A stretch of DNA of 64,000 nucleotides from Octopus bimaculoides (Eukaryota), in the NCBI RefSeq assembly GCF_001194135.2, contig NC_068991.1, forward strand, positions 78,044,921 through 78,108,920. Reading direction: 5' to 3'. Both the position numbers and the translations under genes were made by a program. The notes below the pieces were generated by a model that was not told the origin of the DNA, made no database searches, and worked only from the letters and a program-made list of their open reading frames with translations. The number at the start of each line of letters is the position of its first letter. The first letter of the stretch is position 1. Positions 63,128-64,000 of the stretch are shown piece by piece.

Positions 63128-63510
63128 AAAAAAGATTTGAGTTTTAATGAGAATGTTGTTATAGAAATGGAAAACAAATCATTTCAGATGTGAATAAAAT
63201 GGTGATGGATGTAGTCATTTGGTGTCTGTATCATTATTTTTTACTCATAAAACATGATTAATCACCTTCTATCATTCGTTGTATGAAAATGATAGATGTG
63301 AATACATCTTTCATACATCGTAATGAATTCATTATGCATAGAACAAAGAGAATCTGGTTCCAATGTTGATCTGGTTATTTACGCGCAAATTTGATCGCGG
63401 CCATCTTTGAACAAAAGAGGATGGCTTATATTAGACATTGAAATCAAAATTTTCCTTGGTGCTAAGCCTTAAAAGAAGACAACCATTATGATACAAGTCT
63501 AATACATTAA

Positions 63511-63542
<32 letters not shown>

Positions 63543-63563
63543 CATATATATATATATATACAT

Positions 63564-63610
<47 letters not shown>

Positions 63611-63967
63611 CATATGTGTGTGTGTGTACTGGTATACATATGTATGTACATACCTATGTACGTTGGAATGTATGCTTGTATAAGCGTATGCATGCATACG
63701 TTGTGTATGTGTGTGTGTATGTGTGTGTGTGTGCGTGCGTGCGTGCGTGTATCAGTGATGTTAAAAACGCCATTAGTATTCTAGCACGGTTTGTAAATAT
63801 TAGACTTGGTTGGCTGTGTTTATCTTTCTTTGCAGCTATTTATATTTTACTTCTTTGTAAATGTTGCTGGTTGCATCAAGGAACTAAGCAACAAAGATGG
63901 CATAAGCCTCTTGTCATGTATCTATGTGTCTGTGCATATATATGTGTGTGTATGTGCGTGTGTATAC

Positions 63968-64000
<33 letters not shown>

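Overview
AT-rich, microsatellite-saturated eukaryotic scaffold with many N gaps. The SINE families and simple-repeat load point to a coleoid cephalopod, most likely Octopus; this is inference from recognition, not a search. No complete host gene, rRNA, tRNA gene or CRISPR array is supportable, and most listed ORFs are translations of microsatellites or gaps. The window is mainly mobile DNA. (1) Three tRNA-derived SINE families, about 20 copies. (2) A 2.6-kb 5'-truncated R4/Dong-type LINE (RT, CCHC, restriction-like endonuclease) inside a (TAA)n tract, plus further R4-like pieces at 22.8-24.5 kb. (3) CR1-type and RTE LINE fragments, one RTE ending in C2H2 fingers. (4) Two mariners (one full length with 32-bp TIRs and TA TSD), a decayed Tigger/pogo and TTAA-type MITEs. 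The most notable signals are structural: several minimal hammerhead-ribozyme motifs (one intact at 36712-36757), an ungapped 102-bp inverted repeat at 56.2-56.5 kb and a 65-nt hairpin at 54.07 kb. A few minus-strand candidate exons hint at a long-intron host gene that I cannot identify.
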